A DNA stretch of 32,000 nucleotides, taken from NCBI RefSeq assembly GCF_008000775.2, contig NZ_CP042905.2, positions 3,090,001 to 3,122,000 on the forward strand, written 5' to 3'. The position numbers and the translations under genes were made by a program. Origin of the DNA: Promethearchaeum syntrophicum (lineage in GTDB: Archaea; Asgardarchaeota; Lokiarchaeia; Sigyniarchaeales; Promethearchaeaceae). The notes under the pieces were generated by a model. The model was not told the DNA's origin. It searched no databases and worked only from the letters and a program-made list of their open reading frames with translations. Positions 18,213-27,971 of the stretch are shown piece after piece (position 1 is the first letter of the stretch; the number at the start of each line of letters is the position of its first letter).

Positions 18213-19583
18213 TTAGTCCTTCTTTTCCCATTCAAAATCTAATTTAACGAAAAATTTGGTGAATATTATAGCTAGAATTAAGAAGAATGTACAAACGGGC
18301 CCCCATAATACCATAGCCCATGGAATCTCATTTGTTCCAACCATAACATCAGGTAGATATTCAAATAGTAGCCCTAGAATGAATGTACCTAAAGCTTGTA
18401 GTAAATTCAGAACAATACTTGGAAATCCAGTATAAATTCCTGCCTTCATGACATTTGTACGCCTTTGATCATCCTCAGCCAAATCAGCATACATAATATA
18501 AGGGAATAAATACCACCCACCCATCACTCCAGCTAAACCAAGTACAAAAATCGCTGCAAAAAACACAGGGTTTGTCCAATTTATAAGTCCGAGCAAGGAG
18601 ATTGGCATAAAAATTGCCCCAGCTAAAAATACATAGATAATCGATCTTTTTTTCCCATTTTTCTTAATTATTTTTCTCCAAATTGCTAAAAAGACAATCA
18701 TTCCAATTATTAAAGTAGCAGCCATTATGATGTATTCCATTGTACCCAAAAATAGTACTTCTTCAAGAAATGTTAACATGACTGTACCGACTATTACCCA
18801 ACCAACTGATGCGATTCCAGCCATTAGAGTAACAGATAAATAGTTCCAATTTGATAATATTACTTTTAAATTCTTTATCATATTTGGTTTTTCGATCGGT
18901 TTGGGTTCTACCGGCATTAAAATTGCACTTATGTAGAAACTAGCTATAAATATAAAACCGAAAATTATGCATGTCCAAAATAATTCTGGAGGAACAATTT
19001 CTGGATACTCTTCCAATTCGTCTGTTAATCCTGTTAAAATAATCATTGAAAAGAGTGTTTGCGAAGCTTGACCAATAAAATTAAAGATATTTTGGATTTG
19101 TGAACATTTTGGTCGATCTTCAACAGAGAATGCAGTTGCCATAAACGCTTGGTAGGGTGTGGTCACAGCATAAGAGATTTGAAATAATGTATTCCAAACA
19201 CCTAACCATATCAATAAAGTTGTATCCTCTGCATCTTTTAGAACTAATCCCGGCATTAGGAGAAAAATAAAAGAAATTACTAGAATTGGGGCCAAAATCA
19301 AGACATAGGGCTTTTTTCCTCCGAGTTTTTTTAAATAAGTAACATCGCTTAACCATCCAAATAAAAATTGAGATATTGCAATAGCAATATATCCAATACT
19401 TATAATGAAAGAGACTCTGGCTTCATCAAGACCGTATCCACTTGTGTAAAGCAAAAATAATGCGTATCCGACTACTCCTAGAAGAAGTGAAGATCCAATT
19501 CTAGGAAAGGCAAAAAGTATCATCTTACCTGTAGATGATGACTTCATAACAAAATCAGAATTTTCTGGATTATTATCTTCCAT
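18213..19583 (-). CDS. MFS transporter, GPH/SLC45-like
   Basis: 12-TM-like hydrophobicity, VSFIISIGYIAIAISQFLFGWLSDVT. Confidence 0.8.
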   Translation of the reverse strand: MEDNNPENSDFVMKSSSTGKMILFAFPRIGSSLLLGVVGYALFLLYTSGYGLDEARVSFIISIGYIAIAISQFLFGWLSDVTYLKKLGGKKPYVLILAPILVISFIFLLMPGLVLKDAEDTTLLIWLGVWNTLFQISYAVTTPYQAFMATAFSVEDRPKCSQIQNIFNFIGQASQTLFSMIILTGLTDELEEYPEIVPPELFWTCIIFGFIFIASFYISAILMPVEPKPIEKPNMIKNLKVILSNWNYLSVTLMAGIASVGWVIVGTVMLTFLEEVLFLGTMEYIIMAATLIIGMIVFLAIWRKIIKKNGKKRSIIYVFLAGAIFMPISLLGLINWTNPVFFAAIFVLGLAGVMGGWYLFPYIMYADLAEDDQRRTNVMKAGIYTGFPSIVLNLLQALGTFILGLLFEYLPDVMVGTNEIPWAMVLWGPVCTFFLILAIIFTKFFVKLDFEWEKKD

Positions 19584-19663
19584 ATTTTCATATTTTCATG
19601 ATGATCTATATTATTGTTTCGAATGATTCGATTCGATAATTTTTTAATGCCTTAGCAAAAAGT

Positions 19664-21109
19664 ATGTTTATGAGACCATTCATTGATGGTGTATTTAGTA
19701 TGATATTCCCAGTGGGATTTCTAACGATTTACATAAACATTTATATTTTTATGACCATGTTAGCATTTTGCATAATACAGAAAGTCCTATGTAATGATGA
19801 AACAAGCCAAAAAGAGTTTTCTCTTAATCTTGGTTGGAAATCATTTTTATTCTTTTTATTATCAGGATTTTTTTATCCTATTTTGATGATAATATATGCA
19901 AGTCTAATATTTTTAATCGGATTCTTTGACATTGCTCAATCGATTAAAAATTCAACTCCTTTTAAGAAATATTTGAAAATCATATTATTAATTATTTTTA
20001 GTTTAGCCTATATTGCACAATATGGTCTTTGGGGATTGTTATTCTTTAGGTATTCTAAAACCCAAGCTCTTGTGTTCCTTGTGGGATTAACTATAGGAAT
20101 ACTATTTTTTATCGAACAAAAAATTAAAAAAATGAATTTACTGATAAAAATTCAAGAAATAATACCCCGAATTACAAAACAATTAAAAATTGTTGCAGTT
20201 ATTTTACCAATCATCAGTGCAAGCATTTTTTTCCCTATTCTTTTTATCAGGCCTCATGATATTCCAGATTCAAATGCTAGTGGTACGTTTTCATTGAGAA
20301 TCATGAGCTATAATATCAGGAATGCAGGAAGTTCGGAGAGAAATCCTGCAGATGCATGGCCTATGAGAAAGGAATTCATTGCAGATTATATTGAAACATT
20401 TGATCTTGATATATTTGGTGTTCAAGAGGCATATTTAAAACAATTAAAATATATTCAAAAAAAAACAGAGAATAGAGAATATGATTACATTGGAATAGGG
20501 AGAGATGATGGAACTTTTGGTGGAGAAATTGAAGCAATTTTTTATGACACAGCAAAATTTGAATATATTGACAGTGATACATTCTGGCTTTCAGATACTC
20601 CAATGATCCCTTCCAGGAATTGGGATAAAAATAATTATCGTTCTTGCACGTGGGTCAGGTTTGAAGATCGAAATACAAATATACAATTCTTTGTGTTTAA
20701 TACTCATTATTCTGCAAAACAATGTGAAGCAGTACCATGTGTTCATGAAAAAGCATCGGTTTTAATTAATGAAAAAATATCTGAATTAACTGGAGATTTC
20801 CCAACGATTTTAATGGGAGATTTTAATATGCAAAACACAAGTTTAGCGTTTAGTTATCTAGAGGAATACGGTGATAAACATATGCATGATTCATTTAAAG
20901 AATTTCATAATGGAACAGTCCCATTTGATTATACTACAAATGAATTTCAGCCATTTAGTCCTGAATTAGATAAAAAAAAAATTGATTATATTTTTCTTTC
21001 TTCTTCAATCGTAGCAGATTTTGTTGAAATTCCAAAGGATATCTACGGAGATGATCAAACTTATAGTGATCATTATCCTGTGCTAGCAACAATTACAATA
21101 AATGCATAA
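19664..21109 (+). CDS. Polytopic membrane protein fused to a C-terminal endonuclease/exonuclease/phosphatase (EEP) domain
   Basis: Several N-terminal TMs, then MSYNIRNAG...FGVQEAY...GGEIEAIFYD...FFVFNTHYS...ILMGDFNM...KIDYIFLSS...YSDHYPVLATI. Confidence 0.85.
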   Translation: MFMRPFIDGVFSMIFPVGFLTIYINIYIFMTMLAFCIIQKVLCNDETSQKEFSLNLGWKSFLFFLLSGFFYPILMIIYASLIFLIGFFDIAQSIKNSTPFKKYLKIILLIIFSLAYIAQYGLWGLLFFRYSKTQALVFLVGLTIGILFFIEQKIKKMNLLIKIQEIIPRITKQLKIVAVILPIISASIFFPILFIRPHDIPDSNASGTFSLRIMSYNIRNAGSSERNPADAWPMRKEFIADYIETFDLDIFGVQEAYLKQLKYIQKKTENREYDYIGIGRDDGTFGGEIEAIFYDTAKFEYIDSDTFWLSDTPMIPSRNWDKNNYRSCTWVRFEDRNTNIQFFVFNTHYSAKQCEAVPCVHEKASVLINEKISELTGDFPTILMGDFNMQNTSLAFSYLEEYGDKHMHDSFKEFHNGTVPFDYTTNEFQPFSPELDKKKIDYIFLSSSIVADFVEIPKDIYGDDQTYSDHYPVLATITINA

Positions 21110-21142
21110 AAATCCTTTTTTATTCTTTTCTTTTTCTTGGAT

Positions 21143-21481
21143 TTATTCATAAGGTGTTTCAAAAGCAGAATTTTTTAATTCTAATTTTTCATTCTTTGAA
21201 TAAGGGTTTAAATCTATTAAGATTTTGTCTGGAATAGCTCCATCACTCATCGATTGTTTTTCAATCCAAATTCCACATGGTAGTTTAGCAGTTCCCATTG
21301 GAAAAACTTCATCCAAATTGAGATCCTTTTTCGCTTTGTCAAGTTCTGTTAATTCAACAGACACCATCCCTCCACAGCAAGTAGTATCCACGATGGTTAT
21401 AGCAAAAATCCCTTGAAATTCATCTTTTCCTTTTTTTAAAATATAATCCAAAGCTTTTGGACTAACTTCAAGTTCGTACAT
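21143..21481 (-). CDS. Small protein with a CC-G-G motif, weakly HesB/IscA-like
   Basis: SPKALDYILKKGKDEFQGIFAITIVDTTCCGGMVSVE resembles the layout of HesB-like/CC-motif redox proteins. Confidence 0.45.
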   Translation of the reverse strand: MYELEVSPKALDYILKKGKDEFQGIFAITIVDTTCCGGMVSVELTELDKAKKDLNLDEVFPMGTAKLPCGIWIEKQSMSDGAIPDKILIDLNPYSKNEKLELKNSAFETPYE

Positions 21482-21594
21482 TTATATTTTTCACCTATTT
21501 TTGAAAATTCTGAGAATGATAAAGAAGATAAAAAAGTAATACAATAAGTTTTGATAAATATTTAATTAGAGTTTATTCTACAAAGTATTACTTC

Positions 21595-21747
21595 TCAAAA
21601 TCCGAATGCAGTTTTAATATCCTTATAAACTTGAGCAATTTGAGAAAGTTTTGCTTCATCATTCATTGCAGATTCTATCCAACCCGCTAAACCACCATCT
21701 TTTACCCAATTCAAGAATATATCAACAGTTTGTCTATCTTCACTCAT
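21595..21747 (-). CDS. Possible small protein (50 aa), not in the ORF track
   Basis: My translation: MSEDRQTVDIFLNWVKDGGLAGWIESAMNDEAKLSQIAQVYKDIKTAFGF*; protein-like, amphipathic composition. Confidence 0.45.
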   Translation of the reverse strand: MSEDRQTVDIFLNWVKDGGLAGWIESAMNDEAKLSQIAQVYKDIKTAFGF

Positions 21748-21892
21748 ATTATTCACATTTTTTACTATTTAAATTCCTTAAATTTGCCTTTTCCTAAAAA
21801 TCTTAAGATTTTTTATGTCTAGGAAAAACACAGATTAAAGACTCAAATTGTTCTATTTCCATTATGACTTTAAATTAACAAGAAGTTAAAGT

Positions 21893-21925
21893 AAAAAAAA
21901 AGACACCTTCATTCGATAAGGTGTC
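21893..21925 (-). terminator. Hairpin followed by a T9 tract, intrinsic-terminator-like on the minus strand
   Basis: Plus strand AAAAAAAAA-GACACCTT-CATTCGAT-AAGGTGTC. The minus strand reads an 8-bp perfect stem, 8-nt loop, then nine Ts, about 130 nt past the cupin stop. Confidence 0.55.
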
Positions 21926-22055
21926 ATATTTGCAAATTTACTAGTTATATCGATAAGGGTTTAATGGGGGGGTTTTGTTCCAGTAACCATTTAATCATTT
22001 GCAAATTTTTTACCCCGATTTAATTTTATGAAATTAATAGTATTTAAATGTTACT

Positions 22056-22400
22056 TTAAAGTACTTTTGTTTCACTTTCGGGAGTTGGTGTTTTTATAAC
22101 CAAAAATTTAAAATTTGCTTTAGAATTTTCAGAATTAAAAAGTCGGTGTACAATTTTAGCAGGACTGAAGATCAAATCATCTTTTTTAACTTTTTTAATC
22201 TCATCACCTATTTCAACGCTTCCATTTCCTTCTATGACGTAAAAACAAGCGTCAACAGGAGTTATATGCTTTTTTAATGATTCTCCTGGTTTCAATTCAA
22301 TATGGACAATAGAAGCATGTTCAAATGATAACATTTTTCGCACCAGAACTTTATGAGGAGTATCAGCAGATTTTACACTTTCGAGTTCAATTATTTTCAT
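22056..22400 (-). CDS. Cupin-domain protein
   Basis: SIVHIELKPGESLKKHITPVDACFYVIEGNGSVEIGDE...DLIFSPAKIVHRLFN. Confidence 0.88.
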   Translation of the reverse strand: MKIIELESVKSADTPHKVLVRKMLSFEHASIVHIELKPGESLKKHITPVDACFYVIEGNGSVEIGDEIKKVKKDDLIFSPAKIVHRLFNSENSKANFKFLVIKTPTPESETKVL

Positions 22401-22711
22401 AATTTTTTTTTTGATTTAAAAATAAAAAGCTTTTCCACTATTTTTTATATTCATTCTTCTAAATCTCTTTCTGTTTTATAGGAAAATAAATTTTCATCCA
22501 ATGAAGATTTCGTTCACAAAAGTAATAAAAAGCCTAGGATTTACTCCCATATATTAGGATTTCACTCTTTAAGAGTAAATTATTTCTGTATTCAGTTTAA
22601 AAACCAATTTTTCCATAATTATTACGTTTAAGTCATTCGAAAGTTATAAATATTATAAATGTCCTATTATAGTTTACCTTTTTCTATTTTTGGAAAGAGG
22701 AGGATTAAATT

Positions 22712-23170
22712 ATGAGATTAAAAATCTTAAAAGTATTAATTATAGGTCTAATTATTATGGGAATGCATAATATTCCTTTGGTTCAAGCGGGAAAGCCCCA
22801 AAATGTGATAGATGGGCTATATGGGCATCGGATAAAGGTATGGGATGAGAGTACATGGGAATTTTCTGAAGATGAGCCTACCTATATTTTATATGGATGG
22901 GCTTATTTAGAAGAGGAATGGAAAGTTTTCCCAATGCCTATTAAACTTAATGTAAGATGTGAAGAAATTGAGTTCAAAGTCAAACGTTTTACTCGTCAGA
23001 ATGATATTGAGGGGGCTGTCAGTCCGACTTTTTATTTCTATGTCTTGTTTGATCCTTATACATTTAGCGTTGGGGAACATTTTTTAGAAACTTATTACAT
23101 GTTTCATGGAGAGTGTATGCTTGATTTTTCTCATCATATTAATGTTCTTCCCGCTTCTGGGATCTTGTAA
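22712..23170 (+). CDS. Secreted hypothetical protein
   Basis: Signal peptide MRLKILKVLIIGLIIMGMHNIPLVQAG followed by a beta-rich domain. No family recognised. Confidence 0.7.
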   Translation: MRLKILKVLIIGLIIMGMHNIPLVQAGKPQNVIDGLYGHRIKVWDESTWEFSEDEPTYILYGWAYLEEEWKVFPMPIKLNVRCEEIEFKVKRFTRQNDIEGAVSPTFYFYVLFDPYTFSVGEHFLETYYMFHGECMLDFSHHINVLPASGIL

Positions 23171-23214
23171 AAATTTGGAGAATGTTAATCTCTTTTTTTT
23201 TCTCTTTTTTTATT

Positions 23215-24282
23215 TTAGTTGATTTCTCCTGAATTAATATCTTCTTTATAGGATATAATTATCTCATCTAATAAAGATTCTAACCAAATTGGTAATTGTA
23301 AACCTCGAATATACCTTCTTATATTAAATCTTTTGCCTTTTCGTTCTGGAAATTTCTGCATTCGGTGTTGAATATATTCGATAATTACATCTTTTTTTAT
23401 TGCATCAACCAAAGGTTCAATTAAATCACTATTATTAAAGACATCTAAAGTTTCTTGAGCCACTATAGATATATCTCGCGCAGGATGATTTAATACACTT
23501 ATTATAGCAGGAATTGATTCTGGATCTTTAATTTTTGACAAAGATTCAAGGGAAATCCACACCAAATCTTTATAATTCGATTTACAAAGATCAATTAGAG
23601 GTTTTACTGCAGATTTGCATTTAAAATCACCCAACATATAAGCAGCTGCGGCTTCAACTTCGATAGCATCATCTTCTAGCATTGAAAGTAATTTATCTAT
23701 AATTTGAGGGTATTTATAATGACCGGCGCTTAAAATTGCATTTTCTTTTACTTTAGGATTAGGATCATTAAATGCTTTTAAAAAAATTGGAATTGAACTT
23801 TTATCTGCCAACATCCCAATTGCATCTATTGCATAGAATCTATCTTCCCAATTTTCAGAATTCATAAAGGATTCGAGCGCGTTTGAAGCGGAAACATCTC
23901 CAATATTCGCTAAAGCTGCCATAACACAATATCTCACATCTTGATTTTCATCATTTAATGTATTAATTAATGAAGCAACTATTCGTTTATCCTTTGTACC
24001 TCCAAGAATTTCTGCTGCGTGCTTTTTAACTTCATTATCTTCATCTTTTAATAAATTCGAAACAGGTAATACAATATCTTCGCTAAAAAAATCCGGTTGG
24101 AGAAAAATATCTAGAATGGTCAATTTTACATCAACATCAGGAATTACCAAGGCTTTAATTAAAGATTGCAAAGCCTCTTTTTTTGAAGGATGATTGCTTA
24201 AAGCATAAGCTACTTGTATTTGTTCAAGCGGATTATCACTGCCCATCAATTTCTCAAATAAACTTTCCACACTTTCATCCAT
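23215..24282 (-). CDS. HEAT-repeat (PBS-lyase-like) protein
   Basis: Repeated ~31-aa units, e.g. VKKHAAEILGGTKDKRIVASLINTLNDENQDVRYCVMAALANIGD. Confidence 0.92.
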   Translation of the reverse strand: MDESVESLFEKLMGSDNPLEQIQVAYALSNHPSKKEALQSLIKALVIPDVDVKLTILDIFLQPDFFSEDIVLPVSNLLKDEDNEVKKHAAEILGGTKDKRIVASLINTLNDENQDVRYCVMAALANIGDVSASNALESFMNSENWEDRFYAIDAIGMLADKSSIPIFLKAFNDPNPKVKENAILSAGHYKYPQIIDKLLSMLEDDAIEVEAAAAYMLGDFKCKSAVKPLIDLCKSNYKDLVWISLESLSKIKDPESIPAIISVLNHPARDISIVAQETLDVFNNSDLIEPLVDAIKKDVIIEYIQHRMQKFPERKGKRFNIRRYIRGLQLPIWLESLLDEIIISYKEDINSGEIN

Positions 24283-24380
24283 TCTAAATTATTTTCACTC
24301 TTAGATTTTAAATATTTATGGTTGTTAACCATGAAAAAAAAATTTCTTTAAGAATAAAAATAAAGTATAAATGGAAATAA

Positions 24381-25322
24381 ATGGCGGCAAATATTTGGAT
24401 AATTTCTATTTCATTACTAATTCTGCTTGTCGGATGCCCATTATTGGGAAGACTTCTTTATGGTATGAAAAATAAGCAAGCTTTTGCTTTTTACGGCGCA
24501 ATTTCCCTCGCAATTACAATTCTCTTATTTTTCCTAACAAATCACATTTCTCTAGATTCCGTGTTTAGTGAATGGGGAGATTATTTTTCCCATATCGTAG
24601 ATCCTTTGGGAATTGTTTTAATTACAATAATAGTATATATTACTGCAGGAATAGGTCTTATTGGAGGTATTTTAGAATTTGTGGGTGAAAAAACCGAAAC
24701 TGCAGAAACTTATAAGCATTTTAAGAAATTTACCAAAATCAAGTTATATTTCTTCTATTTTATATATGGTTATATTTTCTTATTTGCTATTTTTTCGTTT
24801 TCTCAGTTCCTGATCATATTTTTACAATGGGAATATAAAATATCTTGGGATTTCTTAAACGAAACTCTGACTTTTATGCAATTAAATAGCATTTTATTAC
24901 CAATTCTGGGAAGCATCCTATTTGGAATTAAGATTTTCTATTCAGGTTTCTTTTCCTTAGAATTTTATAAAAGTGAATTCGATCCTTCTATGATTAAAGT
25001 TGGTCCGAAAATGAGGTTCTTCAGACACATAATTTCATGGTTTTTTGGAACTTTAGGTGTTTTTGTAGGAATTTTAACATTTTTCTTGGAATATTATGAG
25101 AATACGGCAGATTTAAATCTATATCTGGGAAAATCATTTTTCTTCTTGGCCGCTACAATTCAATCTATTCTATTTTACATATTTAAAGACAGATATATTG
25201 ATCAACTTAAGCCATTGAAGAAACAATATGAATTAAAACCTGGAAAAGGAGTCACCACATTGCTCGATAAAGATGAAAAATCTATGGAAGATCATGACTC
25301 TGAACTTAAGTTTGATGATTAA
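24381..25322 (+). CDS. Polytopic membrane protein of unknown function
   Basis: Seven or so hydrophobic segments, charged C-terminal tail. Confidence 0.7.
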   Translation: MAANIWIISISLLILLVGCPLLGRLLYGMKNKQAFAFYGAISLAITILLFFLTNHISLDSVFSEWGDYFSHIVDPLGIVLITIIVYITAGIGLIGGILEFVGEKTETAETYKHFKKFTKIKLYFFYFIYGYIFLFAIFSFSQFLIIFLQWEYKISWDFLNETLTFMQLNSILLPILGSILFGIKIFYSGFFSLEFYKSEFDPSMIKVGPKMRFFRHIISWFFGTLGVFVGILTFFLEYYENTADLNLYLGKSFFFLAATIQSILFYIFKDRYIDQLKPLKKQYELKPGKGVTTLLDKDEKSMEDHDSELKFDD

Positions 25323-25571
25323 TTTTTGTTATATAAAGGTAGCCGTATGCTTTAAACTACGTGATTATTTTTTTCTTCAATTTCTGGATTAGATTACACT
25401 TTATATTAAAAACAAATTTCTTTTCAATGATTTGTAGGAATAATAAAATAAATTTCTTCAAAAATCTACCCTTTCTAAAAGCTTATATATATGGAATGAA
25501 ATTAGTTATATATGCCAATCATTGGGACACACAATTATTTTAGATCGCAATAAATTAGGAGAAATAAATTA

Positions 25572-26033
25572 ATGGCACTTTCAGATAAAGAATACATACA
25601 AATCAATCAAGCACTGCATTGTTTGACACACGCATATGAATCGCGCATGAATAAGGAAGAACAACAAAATCCATCTGGGTTAACTCTTTCTGAACGTGCA
25701 GTACTGATGGTATTGGGGCAGTTTATTAGCCTAAATTCACGTCAATTATCGGATATAATGGATATCAATCCTGGTACCATTTCGGTATACGTTCAGAGGC
25801 TAATCACAAAAAATTTGATTCAAAAGGTTCAGGATCAAGATGATCGTCGTAATTGGTTGCTGAATCTTACTAAAATTGGACAAAATATTTACCAAGAGAT
25901 AATAGCAGGTACAGTTTCGTATACTCAGGATTTTTTATCCACACTTTCTGAAAACGACCAACGTTCATTGCACCAATTGCTTCTGAAACCGTTGCATAAT
26001 TTAGGATTCGATTGGGTTATGAATACGAATTAA
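25572..26033 (+). CDS. MarR-family transcriptional regulator
   Basis: LTLSERAVLMVLGQFISLNSRQLSDIMDINPGTISVYVQRLITKNLIQKVQDQDDRRNWLLNLTKIG. Confidence 0.9.
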   Translation: MALSDKEYIQINQALHCLTHAYESRMNKEEQQNPSGLTLSERAVLMVLGQFISLNSRQLSDIMDINPGTISVYVQRLITKNLIQKVQDQDDRRNWLLNLTKIGQNIYQEIIAGTVSYTQDFLSTLSENDQRSLHQLLLKPLHNLGFDWVMNTN

Positions 26034-26059
26034 TAAATAAATGTGATAAATTGAGCAAC

Positions 26060-27334
26060 ATGAAAAACAATTTTGGATCCATATGGAAAGTTCGGTTTTT
26101 TAGCCTTTGGACCGGACAAGCATTATCATTAATGAGTAGTGAATTAGTGCAATTCTCGTTAATTTGGTGGCTCACTGATACAACCAGTTCAGCGATCGTG
26201 TTGGCCATCTCTACCTTAATTGCATTACTCCCTAAAGCGATATTGGGACCATTAATAGGGGCATTAACGGATCGTTGGAATCGTCGTGTTGTGCTGATCG
26301 TATCTGATATTGTAATTGCTCTTAGTTTGCTCTTTTTAATCTTTAACTTTTCTATTGGCAAAGTTCAAATCTGGCATATTTATGTTACTATATTGATTCG
26401 TGCAATCGGTGGAACATTTCACATGTCGGCAATGTTAGCATCAACTTCGCTAATGGTGCCACAAAAATATCTGTCGCGAGTTGCTGGGATGAATCAAATG
26501 ATTAACGGTATTATAATGGTAGTAGGACCTCCCATAGGTGCATTATTAATCAATCTGATGTCGATCAGTAATGTTCTCCTTATCGATATAATTGGGGCTA
26601 TTATGGCTGTATCACCTCTTCTATTTATATCAATCCCAAAACAACAGAATAAAACATCTCTTGCTAGTGCAAACTCAATATGGAAAAATATTCGGGAAGG
26701 GTTTCGTTATATCAAACAATGGCACGGCGCAGTTGAGGTACTTACAATATCAACTTTAATCAATTTCATCATGCGTCCAGCTTTTAGTTTAATAGCGATT
26801 TTAGTACTGAATCAATTTGAAGGAAGTGAACTTGAGTTTGGTTTCATGGGAGCTGCAATAGGAGCTGGTTTCTTTTTAGGTGGTATGGTTTTAAGTTTTT
26901 GGGGAGGATTTTCTCGAAAAATGCAGACTTCATTAACAGCTATTATAGGTGCAGGATTAGCACTTTTTGTTGTAGGTATAACCCCAACAAGTGGATTTAT
27001 CCTTGGAATAGGTGCAATTTTCACTGCTGGATTTATGATGCCTCTCTGTATTGGCCCAATAGAAGCCTTAATTCAGAGCTCCGTGGATCCATCGATACAA
27101 GGGCGTATATTCTCAATAATTAACAGTGCATCCACATTTATATCACCGCTTAGTTTAGCAATTGCGGGAATAATTTTCGATTCTTTAGGTTCACAGATTT
27201 GGTATCTATATGGGGGAATCTCAGCTGTAATAATTGGTATTATAGGATTTACTCAACAGAAAATCATAAACTTTGGATGTTCACAAATTTCTTCCTATAG
27301 TGTTAGGGAAATAAAAACAACTGGGTCAATTTAG
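26060..27334 (+). CDS. MFS transporter of the macrolide/multidrug efflux type; listed start 26012 overlaps marR, ATG at 26060 is more plausible
   Basis: WKVRFFSLWTGQALSLMSSELVQFSLIWWLTDTTSS...GPLIGALTDRWNRR. Confidence 0.88.
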   Translation: MKNNFGSIWKVRFFSLWTGQALSLMSSELVQFSLIWWLTDTTSSAIVLAISTLIALLPKAILGPLIGALTDRWNRRVVLIVSDIVIALSLLFLIFNFSIGKVQIWHIYVTILIRAIGGTFHMSAMLASTSLMVPQKYLSRVAGMNQMINGIIMVVGPPIGALLINLMSISNVLLIDIIGAIMAVSPLLFISIPKQQNKTSLASANSIWKNIREGFRYIKQWHGAVEVLTISTLINFIMRPAFSLIAILVLNQFEGSELEFGFMGAAIGAGFFLGGMVLSFWGGFSRKMQTSLTAIIGAGLALFVVGITPTSGFILGIGAIFTAGFMMPLCIGPIEALIQSSVDPSIQGRIFSIINSASTFISPLSLAIAGIIFDSLGSQIWYLYGGISAVIIGIIGFTQQKIINFGCSQISSYSVREIKTTGSI

Positions 27335-27370
27335 GATAATAATTAAGATTGATGTTTAATTTTTCAAAAT

Positions 27371-27871
27371 ATGGAAGCAATAGAATGTATAAAATCTCGA
27401 AGAAGTATTAGAAAATTTACGAAACAACAAATTCCAAAAGAAATAATTTTAGAAATTCTTGAATGTGGTAGATGGGCACCTTCTGGAGTAAATTATCAAC
27501 CATGGAAAATTTTTGTTATAATGAAATCTGAATTTAAAAAAGATTTGGCTAAATGTACGAAATATAGGAGCATCATTAATAATTGCTCAAGTGTTTTTCT
27601 AATATTTTTAGATAAATCCATTGAATATAACTATACTAAACAAGTTCAATCGGTTGGAGCATTTTTTGAAAATCTTTTGCTAGCTATTCATGCCCTTGGA
27701 CTTGGTGGAGTATGGATTGGCGAAATAATTAATCAAAAAGATGAAGTAAACAAACTTCTCGATATTAAAGATCCAAAATTCGAATTTATGGGAGCAATCG
27801 CTTTAGGGTATCCCGAAGGAATTGGAAAAAGTTCAAGAAAAGAGCTAGAATCGTTTGTTACTTGGATTTAG
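27371..27871 (+). CDS. Nitroreductase-family protein
   Basis: ECIKSRRSIRKFTKQQIPKEIILEILECGRWAPSGVNYQPWKIFV...GLGGVWIGE. Confidence 0.93.
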   Translation: MEAIECIKSRRSIRKFTKQQIPKEIILEILECGRWAPSGVNYQPWKIFVIMKSEFKKDLAKCTKYRSIINNCSSVFLIFLDKSIEYNYTKQVQSVGAFFENLLLAIHALGLGGVWIGEIINQKDEVNKLLDIKDPKFEFMGAIALGYPEGIGKSSRKELESFVTWI

Positions 27872-27971
27872 ATATTTCTATATAAATATCAAAATGGGGT
27901 ATTTTTGCCCAATTTTTTATATTAGATGATCATTTTCATTCAATCTGTTTTACTTTTTCAAAAAACTTTTT

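Noticed and set aside
19618-19640. TTCGAAT as a possible tRNA T-loop
   Set aside because: No acceptor stem, anticodon arm or GG-TTCGAATCC context; no tRNA gene could be supported anywhere in the window.
23215-24282. Repeated pattern as possible DNA repeats or CRISPR
   Set aside because: The periodicity is degenerate at DNA level and explained by HEAT repeats in the protein.
25361-25543. 60-aa ORF between the membrane protein and marR
   Set aside because: Phe/Ile/Asn/Lys-rich composition typical of translated AT-rich noncoding DNA; no start signal or family.
26017-27123. Alternative-frame ORFs over the MFS gene (114, 70 and 74 aa)
   Set aside because: Shadow ORFs of a strongly supported transporter gene.
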